IMG/VR virus record: IMGVR_UViG_3300017989_000071
Span: 53,645 to 117,644 of that record
Source of the DNA: a virus
Length of the DNA: 64,000 bases
Strand: one strand, 5' to 3'
Shown piece by piece: positions 1-9,017 of this stretch. The notes beneath the pieces were generated by a model. That model saw nothing but the letters and a program-made list of their open reading frames with translations, made no database searches and was not told the origin of the DNA. Positions within the stretch are counted from its first letter, which is position 1. The number at the start of each line of letters is the position of its first letter. The position numbers were made by a program, and so were the translations under genes.

Positions 1-3000
1 AGATACGACTTCCCCGAAGTCAGCTCGACGGTGATCTTGTCGGTCGTCGTCTTGTCCTTCAGCTCGGTCTGCGAGTGGATCACCACCGCATCCTTCCCGA
101 TCAGCACATCCGAGTATTCGGCCAGCCGGACATTCAGGAACTCCACCGCTCCGGAAAGGAGACGCGCCCGGATACCCGTCGGAGAGAACAAACCGGCCAC
201 GATCTGCGACCGCTTCTCCTCCACCTCGGCGACCCGCTTCCGGTCCCCGGCCTTGCAACGCCGCTTATGGGCCTCTCGAACCTCCTCCTTCAGATGCTCC
301 ATCCGACTCTCAGCCGACCGGATGGACTCCCGAATCGACTGCTCCTCCTCGCCAATCTCCGCAATCCGAGACGCACAGTCCTTCACCAGCCGCCCCAACT
401 GATCCAAGGCAGCCTCGGCCCCGGAAACCTCCTCCATCGCCTCAGCGAGCCGATCTGACCCCTCCTCGGCGGTGTTTTCGGCATCCCTGACGGACTTATC
501 GGCTTGCGAGATCAGTTTTTGAGCCGCTTTGACCTTCTCATCGAGGTTTTCGCGGGGTTCCACCACCTCGACCTTGATCCGGTCCTTGATGGTCTGGATC
601 GCCTGCTCCTCCTCCTTCCACGCCGCGTTGTTCCTCGCGATCTCCTGCTCGGTGGACTCCACGTCCCGCTTGATCCGCTCAACTTCGGCGTCGAGCTGCT
701 CCGTGGTCTGCGGCTTCTCCGCATCCTCGGTCAACCCGGCTTCCCGATGCAGATCGTGGGCCTCGTTGAGGGGCTGAAAGCACGTCGGGCACTTCCCACC
801 CTCGATCATCTTCCGGGCCTTCTCCTGCCGCTCGGCCAGAGCCTTGTTCGCTGTCTCGATCCGAACAACCTCCTCGCGCAGCCCATGAATCCTCAGTCGC
901 AGATCGCCAGCCCGCTCTTGTAGATCGTTCTCTGTAACATCCAACTCCCGCTGCACCTGCTTATGCGTCTCGATCTCCGCTTTGAGCTCTTCCTCCCGCT
1001 TGGACAGCGGACCGTATTCGAGCCTGTACTCCTCTTCCCTCTTTCGGAGATCGCTCGCCAGACCCCGCAGCCGCTCGACCTCCTTGCGATGGACCTCGGC
1101 GTGTTCCTCGCGGAGACGATTCACCTCCCCGCGTTTGGCTTCAAGCTCCTTACGGGCTTCCTCCACCCGGCCCTCGAACTCGGACCGATTGTGTTCGATG
1201 GTCTTCTTCCGTTCGGCAAGAGCTTCGACCTCCCGCCGCTTGGAATCCAAATCGCCGATCTCCTCTTCGGCGGCCTTCCACTTCTTCGTTACGCGATCCA
1301 CCTCCTCATCGCGCACCTCGACCTCGGCGGAAGCAGACCCCATCTCGACCGCCGTCTTCCGCTTTCGGTCCCGCGCCAGATCGGACATTCGGTCCAGCGC
1401 GTCTAGCCCGAGGATGCTCTCGATCAGCTTCTTCCGGTCTCCATCATTCAGGTCGATGAACCGATGCGACAGACCTTGGGTCATAATCGAAAGATGCTGT
1501 AGGGCATCGTGTGTAACCCCGAGAATCCGCAGCAGCTCGATCTGCGCATCGGCAGCCAACCGGGGAGTGATCGAATCGTCGCCGTTCTTCTCGATAGTCA
1601 AGCCGGTCTTGTAAGTCTTGTGCTTCCGGCTCCGGCGCACTAGGTAGTGATCGTCGTCGATATGAAACTCGACTTCGACCATGCAGCCCGACGCCCTCTT
1701 CGACCTCCCGTTCCGCCACCCGACATCTGCCTTAGACAACCCACGCAGCGTCCGGTCATAGAGGCACCAGAACAACGCCTCGATCAATGTGCTTTTCCCC
1801 GACCCGTTCGACATCGCACCGGGATCGTCTTGGTTCACGCCCTCGATCAGGACCAACCCTCGGTCCCGCAAATGGAAGTAGGCTCCATCCTTGAACGACA
1901 TGAAGCCCTCCATCCGCACCGAGTCGAAGCGGATATTCGAGTGCTGAACATCGCCGGTCGTGTCCTCACCGGCCTTGATAATCCCCTTGACGATCTCGAC
2001 CGTTTCCTCGTCACGCCACTTCGCGTCCGTGAGGTACTGAATCGCTTCTTCCTCGATGTTCACATCGAATCCGTACTGATCCCCCTCCTCGTCCCCCTTC
2101 TTCCGTTTGTCCTGCGAGACGCCGGGGGCGAGAATCGCCCGCTTGAACTTGGCAAGCGTTCCCTCCAGCGTTTCGATGGGATAGTTGTTATAATAATAAA
2201 CCTTCACGAAGGTCCGCTTCTTGTCCTCAATCATGTCGAGGGCGTAACGCTCCTCCTCGGTCCGCACATGGACCGTCTCGTACTTCGAGTGGTGGGGACC
2301 GGGAATCCGGCGCACCTTTACCGGACCGCGCTCCTCCCACTCCACGATGTCGATCCCGCGCTCGATACCGGCGTTCTCCGAATCGGTGAAGGTGCGCGTG
2401 GTGATCGAACCGACTACCCGCGCATAGCACTCCGGCGTCGCCACCACCTGACAAGGCCGGTGGTAGTGACCGGCGAAGATGTGCTTACCGTCGGGAAACG
2501 AGTGTGGGTCGATGCCGTTGACCTCGGGAATCCCCAGATGCCGCAGCGCACCGTTGAGCGGGAGGTGCATCATCACGAGATCGTACTCGTCCGCTCGGGC
2601 GTTCGCCGCCATCACCGCCCCCTCGATGTCGTTCGTGTGGGGCATGTAGAGAATCCGATCCCGTATCGTCTGCGTCGGAATCACCCGATCCCGCATAAAC
2701 GACAGGGTATGAATCCCCGCGTTCTCGTTGTAGACCTCGTGATTGCCGAGCAGCAGACTGAAGTCACCGGCAGCTCCGCCCGCAACCAGCGCAACGTGCT
2801 CGCGGAAGATCATCTCCGCGACGTGCTGCGATTGCGGGTCCACGTGATCGTGGGTGTGGTAGTAGTCCCCCAACCCGATAACTAGATCGGGCTGCTCCTC
2901 GCGAATCACCTCGTGGACCCAACGGAAGATTGCCATGATCTCGTGAAGATGCGTCGTCAGCCCATCCGTTGTCGGAGACGAAAAAGCGTTATGGGGATAA

Positions 3001-3035
3001 ATGTGGGGGTCAGCCCACAGTAATAGTTTCTTCAT
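1..3035 (-). CDS. Mre11/SbcD nuclease fused to Rad50/SbcC ATPase (T4 gp47-gp46-like), partial, runs off the left edge
   Basis: Hand translation from ATG 3035 gives one open frame to position 1; it is absent from the ORF track because there is no stop in the window. Metallophosphoesterase motifs ADPH, GDYYH, GNHE and GHYH come first. Without a stop the frame continues into RFDSVRMEGFMSF, Walker A SNGSGKST (~1791-1808), Q-loop IMTQG, coiled coil and zinc hook CPTC (780-791). Confidence 0.9.
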   Translation of the reverse strand, partial: MKKLLLWADPHIYPHNAFSSPTTDGLTTHLHEIMAIFRWVHEVIREEQPDLVIGLGDYYHTHDHVDPQSQHVAEMIFREHVALVAGGAAGDFSLLLGNHEVYNENAGIHTLSFMRDRVIPTQTIRDRILYMPHTNDIEGAVMAANARADEYDLVMMHLPLNGALRHLGIPEVNGIDPHSFPDGKHIFAGHYHRPCQVVATPECYARVVGSITTRTFTDSENAGIERGIDIVEWEERGPVKVRRIPGPHHSKYETVHVRTEEERYALDMIEDKKRTFVKVYYYNNYPIETLEGTLAKFKRAILAPGVSQDKRKKGDEEGDQYGFDVNIEEEAIQYLTDAKWRDEETVEIVKGIIKAGEDTTGDVQHSNIRFDSVRMEGFMSFKDGAYFHLRDRGLVLIEGVNQDDPGAMSNGSGKSTLIEALFWCLYDRTLRGLSKADVGWRNGRSKRASGCMVEVEFHIDDDHYLVRRSRKHKTYKTGLTIEKNGDDSITPRLAADAQIELLRILGVTHDALQHLSIMTQGLSHRFIDLNDGDRKKLIESILGLDALDRMSDLARDRKRKTAVEMGSASAEVEVRDEEVDRVTKKWKAAEEEIGDLDSKRREVEALAERKKTIEHNRSEFEGRVEEARKELEAKRGEVNRLREEHAEVHRKEVERLRGLASDLRKREEEYRLEYGPLSKREEELKAEIETHKQVQRELDVTENDLQERAGDLRLRIHGLREEVVRIETANKALAERQEKARKMIEGGKCPTCFQPLNEAHDLHREAGLTEDAEKPQTTEQLDAEVERIKRDVESTEQEIARNNAAWKEEEQAIQTIKDRIKVEVVEPRENLDEKVKAAQKLISQADKSVRDAENTAEEGSDRLAEAMEEVSGAEAALDQLGRLVKDCASRIAEIGEEEQSIRESIRSAESRMEHLKEEVREAHKRRCKAGDRKRVAEVEEKRSQIVAGLFSPTGIRARLLSGAVEFLNVRLAEYSDVLIGKDAVVIHSQTELKDKTTTDKITVELTSGKSY

Positions 3036-3303
3036 CGTGTGTGTCTCCTTCTACCCGAACAATCGGAACGGACGGGGGAGCATCAATCGAATACTTAACC
3101 CGCGCACCGCTTATCCGGTAGAACGTAATCCGTACAGGACCGAGCTCGATGACCGATCCTTGAAAAAGCGTCAGGCGCATCCCGGCATAATCGACAACGA
3201 CCCTCCGGTTCTCCGCGCTCAAAAACTTCAGGTAGTGCCTCCCGACCCGAACAGCGCATCCGGTCCTCCCCGTCAACCCAAGCCTACCCCGTCCGTCGTT
3301 CAT
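3010..3303 (-). CDS. CsrA/RsmA-like protein with two tandem CsrA-like repeats
   Basis: The second repeat MRLTLFQGSVIELGPVRITFYRISGARVKYSIDAPPSVPIVRVE aligns by eye with CsrA (LILTRRVGETLMIG...NQVRIGVNAPKEVSVHREE). The first repeat LGLTGRTGCAVRVG resembles the CsrA N-terminus. ATG 3303 overlaps the upstream TGA. Confidence 0.65.
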   Translation of the reverse strand: MNDGRGRLGLTGRTGCAVRVGRHYLKFLSAENRRVVVDYAGMRLTLFQGSVIELGPVRITFYRISGARVKYSIDAPPSVPIVRVEGDTHDEETITVG

Positions 3304-4217
3304 CGCCAATTCCCTCGCAAAATCCTGAACGGACCGATCCATGAAGCGAACGAATCGGAAATCTCATCCAACTCGAATCTCCGCAGAATCGGTAGCAGAG
3401 AGAGATCGACCCCGACCGACTTTCCCGCCTGAACTCGCGCCTGATACACCTCGTCGGGAGTAAACCGTTCGAGGGCGATGTCGATCAGCTTCACGTTGCG
3501 GCGGAAGATGTCTCCCTGCTCAGCAATCAGCCGAATCCGCCGGTCCTCAGACTTCGCGCAACGAGTCAGAAACCCCTCGGGGTGGTCCGCCCGAATCTCG
3601 TTGACCGCTCGGGCAGCCGTCTTCGCACCGGCACCCTTCACACCGTCAATCATATCGGACGGGTCTCCGAGAATCGCCTTGTACCAAATCAGATACTTCG
3701 GCCCCGGAACTCCGGTCCGCGTCGAGAAATCCTTCTCGGTTACCAACTCCGGCTTCATCGGACGCCATACCGATGTCCGATCATCGACTAACTGAAGCAA
3801 GTCCTTGTCGTCGCTGACCACGATCACCTTGCCCCGCACGATGTCGCGCAGCAGGCGGATCACATCATCCCCTTCGCGGCCATCGAGGTACACCGGGCGG
3901 ATTCCGAGTCGCCGGAGAATCGAGCAGCGCAGCACGGACCGCTGGAAGCTGGCCGCCTCGTACTCGGCCTGCTCCTCCTCGGTTAGCGGCGGCTTATTCT
4001 TGTAGCCGGGAAACAAGGCCAAACGGCGAGCCGAATGCCCCCGGTCGAACACCACATAAACCTCCCGAATAGCCGGAAAACTCATCAGGAACCCATGCAG
4101 CGACCGCAGCGATCCGAGTAGCACACCCGTCTTGTAACCGTTAGAAGACAATTCCGCCAACGCCTTTACGTGCATCATTCTATACGTTAAGTAATGTCCG
4201 TCGAAGATCGCAATCAT
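3300..4217 (-). CDS. 5'-3' exonuclease / flap endonuclease (PolA N-terminal, T4 RNase H-like)
   Basis: FDGHYL, VVFDRG, EGDDVI, VSDDKDLLQL and the H3TH motif GDPSDMIDGVKGAGAKTA. Confidence 0.9.
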   Translation of the reverse strand: MIAIFDGHYLTYRMMHVKALAELSSNGYKTGVLLGSLRSLHGFLMSFPAIREVYVVFDRGHSARRLALFPGYKNKPPLTEEEQAEYEAASFQRSVLRCSILRRLGIRPVYLDGREGDDVIRLLRDIVRGKVIVVSDDKDLLQLVDDRTSVWRPMKPELVTEKDFSTRTGVPGPKYLIWYKAILGDPSDMIDGVKGAGAKTAARAVNEIRADHPEGFLTRCAKSEDRRIRLIAEQGDIFRRNVKLIDIALERFTPDEVYQARVQAGKSVGVDLSLLPILRRFELDEISDSFASWIGPFRILRGNWR

Positions 4218-4233
4218 CGTTTCATCCGTTGAT

Positions 4234-4258
4234 CCGGGGAGGGATATACCCTCCCCGG
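4234..4258 (-). other. Perfect 10-bp intergenic hairpin between SSB and exonuclease (RNA stability or processing element)
   Basis: CCGGGGAGGG-ATATA-CCCTCCCCGG with no U-tract on the coding strand. Confidence 0.5.
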
Positions 4259-4265
4259 AAGCTGC

Positions 4266-5405
4266 CTATTCGCCGGTCGCCGCCATGCACCCTTCCTGAT
4301 GATCGCAGGTCAGGCATTTGTCGATGACCTCGGAATACCCCCTGACCTTGGTTCCACTGTGAGGCACCGCACCTCCGTAGCAGGCGAACTCCACCGGATC
4401 GACGCCCGGCGGGTAGGTCAAGCCCTTCCCTTTGGGTTTCTTCGGGGCCGCCTGCTTCTTGGGAACCTTTTTGGTTTTGGACTTCTTCGCGGCGGGTTTC
4501 TCCTCTTCGTCCTCTTCTTCGGTGTCTTCGGTTTCCTCCTCGTCGTCCTCCCCCTTACCACCGAAATCCGGAATGTCGTCCGGCTCTTCTTCCTCCTCGT
4601 CGTCACCCTCACCGACCTCGTTGATGCCGACACGGGAACCCGGAGCACCCTTGGCCGCCTCGCCCTGAAAATGCTTATACAAGGCTTCGGCACCCTTCTT
4701 GATGTCCTCCATTTCCTCCTCGGTCGGGAAGTAGATCGCCGACGCCAGATCGCGGGCACCCCTAACGATCTTTTCGAGGATCGCTTCGTCCTCGTGGATC
4801 GGCTCGCGGAAGATCGCGTTCTCTCCCCGCTTCTTCGGGTCCGGAACCAGCATCACCGAATACTCGACGCGGTTGCTCCCCTTCGACTTCTCGACCTGAA
4901 AGACGGCGGCGTTGTTCGGGTCGATGATGGTCCAGTCCTCTTGGAGCATCATCCAAATTTTGTTGGTAACGCTGAAAGGCAGCTCGCGGATGTCGATCAG
5001 CTCGATCAGCTTCGTAACGTCCTTACCGGCATCCGCCGCCGGGTTGCGCTCCAGCAGGTTCGCATACCCTTTGTTCTGCGCCCGCGAACGCTTCAGGCTA
5101 TCGGCCAGCTCGGGGTAAGACGTGGACAGCTCGGTGATCGCCGAGCAGATCGGACACTCGGCTCTCCGATGCGTAAACGAAGCCGGACAGACCAGCGGAT
5201 ACTTGTAACCCGGAATCTGCCAGTGCTGCGCCATCTCGACAATCGGATCGCCTCCCTCGCCGCCGGGGGGAAGAAGCCAGAACGTCACCTTCCCGTTATC
5301 GAACCCCTTGTAGCGGGGTCGGCTGTTGAGGAACCCCCCCTCGCGGGCGGTCTCCGCTCGCTTGTTTACCCGGTCCATGTTCGGCCTGTTGAATTTCACG
5401 CCCAT
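4266..5405 (-). CDS. Single-stranded DNA-binding protein (gp32-like) with acidic/Lys-rich tail and C-terminal Cys cluster
   Basis: FWLLPP, EMAQHW, CPASF..CPIC, KGYANLL, VEKSKG..RVEYSV, long D/E tract; lies in the replication operon. Confidence 0.75.
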   Translation of the reverse strand: MGVKFNRPNMDRVNKRAETAREGGFLNSRPRYKGFDNGKVTFWLLPPGGEGGDPIVEMAQHWQIPGYKYPLVCPASFTHRRAECPICSAITELSTSYPELADSLKRSRAQNKGYANLLERNPAADAGKDVTKLIELIDIRELPFSVTNKIWMMLQEDWTIIDPNNAAVFQVEKSKGSNRVEYSVMLVPDPKKRGENAIFREPIHEDEAILEKIVRGARDLASAIYFPTEEEMEDIKKGAEALYKHFQGEAAKGAPGSRVGINEVGEGDDEEEEEPDDIPDFGGKGEDDEEETEDTEEEDEEEKPAAKKSKTKKVPKKQAAPKKPKGKGLTYPPGVDPVEFACYGGAVPHSGTKVRGYSEVIDKCLTCDHQEGCMAATGE

Positions 5406-5457
5406 TGTTGCTTCTCCTGTGTATGACTGTTTATGACTTCTACTCGGCTGAGAGTAG

Positions 5458-5928
5458 CTATACGCTTTGTGACATCCCCTTCATTTCGGCGCGGGCGTTG
5501 TTCGACAACTGCTCCGCTGAACGCAATCGGGAACGGATCGCCCACGACAGCTGACTGATAAACTCGTGCGCCACGTGGAACCGATCCGCCCGCTCATCCA
5601 ACCCGGCAAACTCGGGATCGTTCCGTGCCGCTGTATCCACCCGCCATTGAGGATTCTTGTCGTGACGGCTACCGGCATTCGTAAAGACGATCTGATGATA
5701 GGCCAAGTCCGCCGCCCGACGAGCTTTGCGCGACATCCACAGATACTTCCCGAGGAGGTATCCCATCATCGCTTCCATCTCTCCCTGCTTTCGGAACGCC
5801 TCATCGAGGTTGTCTCCGATATAGATGTCGTCGATAAGCTGTAAGACAATTTCCCGGTCCTCTTCGAGCAGGGCGGGAATCGCCTCTTCCTCCATTAGTT
5901 TAGATTTCAACAAATCCCCGTAATTCAT
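5458..5928 (-). CDS. UvsY-like recombination mediator
   Basis: 156-aa helical protein placed between polymerase and SSB; ATG 5928 overlaps the polymerase TGA. Confidence 0.5.
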   Translation of the reverse strand: MNYGDLLKSKLMEEEAIPALLEEDREIVLQLIDDIYIGDNLDEAFRKQGEMEAMMGYLLGKYLWMSRKARRAADLAYHQIVFTNAGSRHDKNPQWRVDTAARNDPEFAGLDERADRFHVAHEFISQLSWAIRSRLRSAEQLSNNARAEMKGMSQSV

Positions 5929-8900
5929 GCGGCCTCCGCTGTTTTCGGGTGCAGCCGAGGAGTGAAGCGGTACTCGTCGATGAACTCTACATTCTCCTCG
6001 AACTCGGGAATCTCGCACTCGACGATCAACTTCTCCTCGGTATGCAGATATGTAAACTCGACATCGCAGGGCCAGCCCCGCATCACATCGAGCACCTTCT
6101 TCATATTTGACGACACGTCGTGCTCGCACTTCAGGCGCAAGCCACGGCGACCGTCGGACAGCAGCTCCGCATCAACCATCTCGCCCCACGAGGTTCCAAC
6201 CTCGAAGTCGATCTCCAGCGGAACCGTCAAGTGCTCCTTGAACCGCTCGACCAAATCGTCAACCATGCAGCGGGACGCCAGCTCGATGTAGTCAACCACC
6301 TCGGAGCCGGGGCAGTCCGCCTCGAACGAATCGTGAATGAAGCCCCAAATCACTGTCCACATATCCTCTCCCCGAACCGCATCGAAGAGCATCTGCAACG
6401 CCAGTGTCGCCCAATCGCTCGATCCCCCCTGAATTGGGGTATTCATTGCCTGACGCTCAGCCGACGACCGTTTGTATTGGTTCTTACTATAAATGTCCGG
6501 AAGCAGCCGACGCGACCCGAGGCTGGTCCACACCGCACCGTGCTCTTTCAGAATCGCGGACTGCTTGTCCCACAACTCCCTCAGCCCCGGAAACTCCCGG
6601 AAGATACCCTCTTGGAAAAGCTTGGCCTCTTCAAGAGTAATCCCGTACATGTCCGCGATCCCCGGTGGACCCGCCCCGTACATCGTCCCGAAATTGGCTG
6701 CCTTCGCACCGCGCCGCTCATCGCCCGTTACCGCCTCCAGAGCCTTCTTCAGAATCCGGGCCGCCGACGTGCGGTGAATGTCCAGACCGATCAGGAAGAT
6801 TTCCATCATGTTCGCGTCGCCGGACAACCGGCAGCCGTCACGCAACTCCATCTGGCCGTAATCGACAACGACGAGCAGTCCGCCCTTGAAGCGGGTCTTG
6901 TAAACACTCTTCGCACCGCCGCGAAACGGGATCGTCTGGATCGGGGGGTCGTTCGCCGACCACCGCCCTGTACCTGTCGTCCGCACACCCCAATTCGCGT
7001 GAGCGCATCCGTCGTATCCGGTCAGGTCGGGAAGTGGCTTTAGGTAGCTCGAATAATTCTTGCCGACCTTCTTCCACAGCAACAACTTCTCCAGCATCTC
7101 GGCGCAACGCTCGCAGAACTCCTTCACCTCGGGATCGTCGGACTTTTTCCCCCGGTCCCGAATCCAAACCTCCATCCGGGAAAGCACATCCTTCTCGGTG
7201 CTACCCTGCAACACCCGACCGTCGGGCTGGCGGAAATTTCTCCGGGTCAACGAATTTTTCGGGTCGGCGGTCTTGTCGGTAAAATGATTTCCCATATAAG
7301 GAAGACCGAGAACGCCGTGGATCAGGAAATTCAAACTGACCCACGACCCCAATCCGAGCTTGTAGTTGTACTGCTCCTCCACCGCTGCGTCGTAACCCTC
7401 ATCCCGAAACCAATCCCGAATCTCGGTCAACTCCTCTACCGCCGCGTCCGCGACTTCCTTGTTTCGTTCAAGATCGACATACACCCCGGAAACGCGCATC
7501 CACAGCGCAAAGGTGTGGCTGTTCATCGTCAGCATCTCGAAAGGTTCGAGCAGATTCTCCTCCTCCAGCAGCTCCCGCTGAATCGGAACCAGACGTGCCG
7601 TAGAGATCGCATCGAAGCAGGCATACTCGACGAAGATTTCATACTCTACATCCTCGTAAGGATCAGCCCCCTTCGGCAGCTCCGCTTGCGCCTCGTGCAT
7701 CCGCTCCTTCGGATGCAGCATACCCGCCCATCGCGTCGCCATGTAATCCAAATCGTGAGGCTCGGTGTCGTTCGTCAGGGACCAACCGGCCAGCATCGTA
7801 TCGTGGAACAAACCGGGAGCTAGACCGCGCCCCCTCCACATCGGTATCCACACCTTCGTCCGGGCAACGAACGCCGTCTGATCGTACTGGAAATTCTGAC
7901 CGGCGACAGGCACCGTCCGGAATAAACGGGTGAGGTGGTGGTCGATAGCTTGTCGGGATAGAGCATCGTTGGCGAACGGAGATAACTTATGCTGATACGG
8001 AATATAGAGCGGAACCGAGTCGGTATGCGCCTCGACTCCCCCGCCCGCCTTACCCCCGCAAACTGTCACGCACAGCATCTTCCACGTTGGGTGAAAGATT
8101 TCCAGACCTCCATCCTCGCCCTTACTCGTTGCCTCGATGTCCACCGCAACGAAGTCGATCTCGCCCTTGGCGTACCGCTCCAGATACGTGTCCACTGCCG
8201 CCTCGACCTTACCGAGCGTGTCTCCGTGGTTGATCCCCAGATCGGTCTTCTCCCCCGACACGCGGCGTCGAACCATCGCCAAGTCTTCGAGGATCATCTG
8301 CTCGTACTGCACATTCCCCCGGAGAACCGCCGAGGGATGAATCGTTGGAATGACCGTGTAGGAATGGGTGATCCCGTCGAGCTCGAACGTCAGGTCCATC
8401 TTCCGACCGTGAACCGTTGTAATCTTCTGCTTCGATCCGGTCAGCCCGTTCAACGAAACCCCGCCAACCGCAACGATCACTTCGGGATCGTGCTTAACGA
8501 TCTCCCGCAACACGTAAGGCCGACACGCGCTGATCTCGCTCGGCGACGGCTTCGGGTTACTCCGCACACCCAGCGGGCAGCAGCGGACCACGTTCGAGAA
8601 GCGGACCCACTCCAGCGGTATCTCTGAATCCGCCAGATATTCCCGCAACTTCTTCCCCGCCGGGCCGACGAACGGCTCCCCTTCGCGGTCCTCTACCTGA
8701 CCCGGAGCCTCCCCAATCAGCATGACCTTCGGCTTCTCCGCGCCCGATCCGTACATCTTGATCGTCGTCGCCCCCTCGGACAACGAACACCGCTCGCACG
8801 GTCCGGGCGTCAGGTCCGGTATTTCGTCGCCGGAGCAGAAGGAGCACAAATAGGACTCGTCGCGGACATCTCCGTCGAGAGGAAAAAGAAGCGGATGGGA

Positions 8901-9017
8901 TTCGATGTAGGCCATGCAGTCCGCACAGCCGATATGGACCATCCCATCCTCGGGAAACGGCAGGACGTTCTTTCGGCGGTCCTTCTTCGCTGCCTTCTTT
9001 TTCTTCGGTTTCGCCAT
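5925..9017 (-). CDS. Family A DNA polymerase with N-terminal family-4 uracil-DNA glycosylase domain and 3'-5' exonuclease
   Basis: UDG motifs IGEAPGQVED, FVGPAG, SNVVRCCP, HPSAVLR; exonuclease DIEA, HDTML, YACFDA; polymerase motifs DYGQMELR, RRGAKAANFGTMYG, IHDS. Confidence 0.93.
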   Translation of the reverse strand: MAKPKKKKAAKKDRRKNVLPFPEDGMVHIGCADCMAYIESHPLLFPLDGDVRDESYLCSFCSGDEIPDLTPGPCERCSLSEGATTIKMYGSGAEKPKVMLIGEAPGQVEDREGEPFVGPAGKKLREYLADSEIPLEWVRFSNVVRCCPLGVRSNPKPSPSEISACRPYVLREIVKHDPEVIVAVGGVSLNGLTGSKQKITTVHGRKMDLTFELDGITHSYTVIPTIHPSAVLRGNVQYEQMILEDLAMVRRRVSGEKTDLGINHGDTLGKVEAAVDTYLERYAKGEIDFVAVDIEATSKGEDGGLEIFHPTWKMLCVTVCGGKAGGGVEAHTDSVPLYIPYQHKLSPFANDALSRQAIDHHLTRLFRTVPVAGQNFQYDQTAFVARTKVWIPMWRGRGLAPGLFHDTMLAGWSLTNDTEPHDLDYMATRWAGMLHPKERMHEAQAELPKGADPYEDVEYEIFVEYACFDAISTARLVPIQRELLEEENLLEPFEMLTMNSHTFALWMRVSGVYVDLERNKEVADAAVEELTEIRDWFRDEGYDAAVEEQYNYKLGLGSWVSLNFLIHGVLGLPYMGNHFTDKTADPKNSLTRRNFRQPDGRVLQGSTEKDVLSRMEVWIRDRGKKSDDPEVKEFCERCAEMLEKLLLWKKVGKNYSSYLKPLPDLTGYDGCAHANWGVRTTGTGRWSANDPPIQTIPFRGGAKSVYKTRFKGGLLVVVDYGQMELRDGCRLSGDANMMEIFLIGLDIHRTSAARILKKALEAVTGDERRGAKAANFGTMYGAGPPGIADMYGITLEEAKLFQEGIFREFPGLRELWDKQSAILKEHGAVWTSLGSRRLLPDIYSKNQYKRSSAERQAMNTPIQGGSSDWATLALQMLFDAVRGEDMWTVIWGFIHDSFEADCPGSEVVDYIELASRCMVDDLVERFKEHLTVPLEIDFEVGTSWGEMVDAELLSDGRRGLRLKCEHDVSSNMKKVLDVMRGWPCDVEFTYLHTEEKLIVECEIPEFEENVEFIDEYRFTPRLHPKTAEAA

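Noticed and set aside
5925-9017. Intein or intron in the polymerase explaining its length
   Set aside because: The length is accounted for by the UDG and exonuclease domains. No C/S...HN intein ends, LAGLIDADG motifs or frame break were seen.
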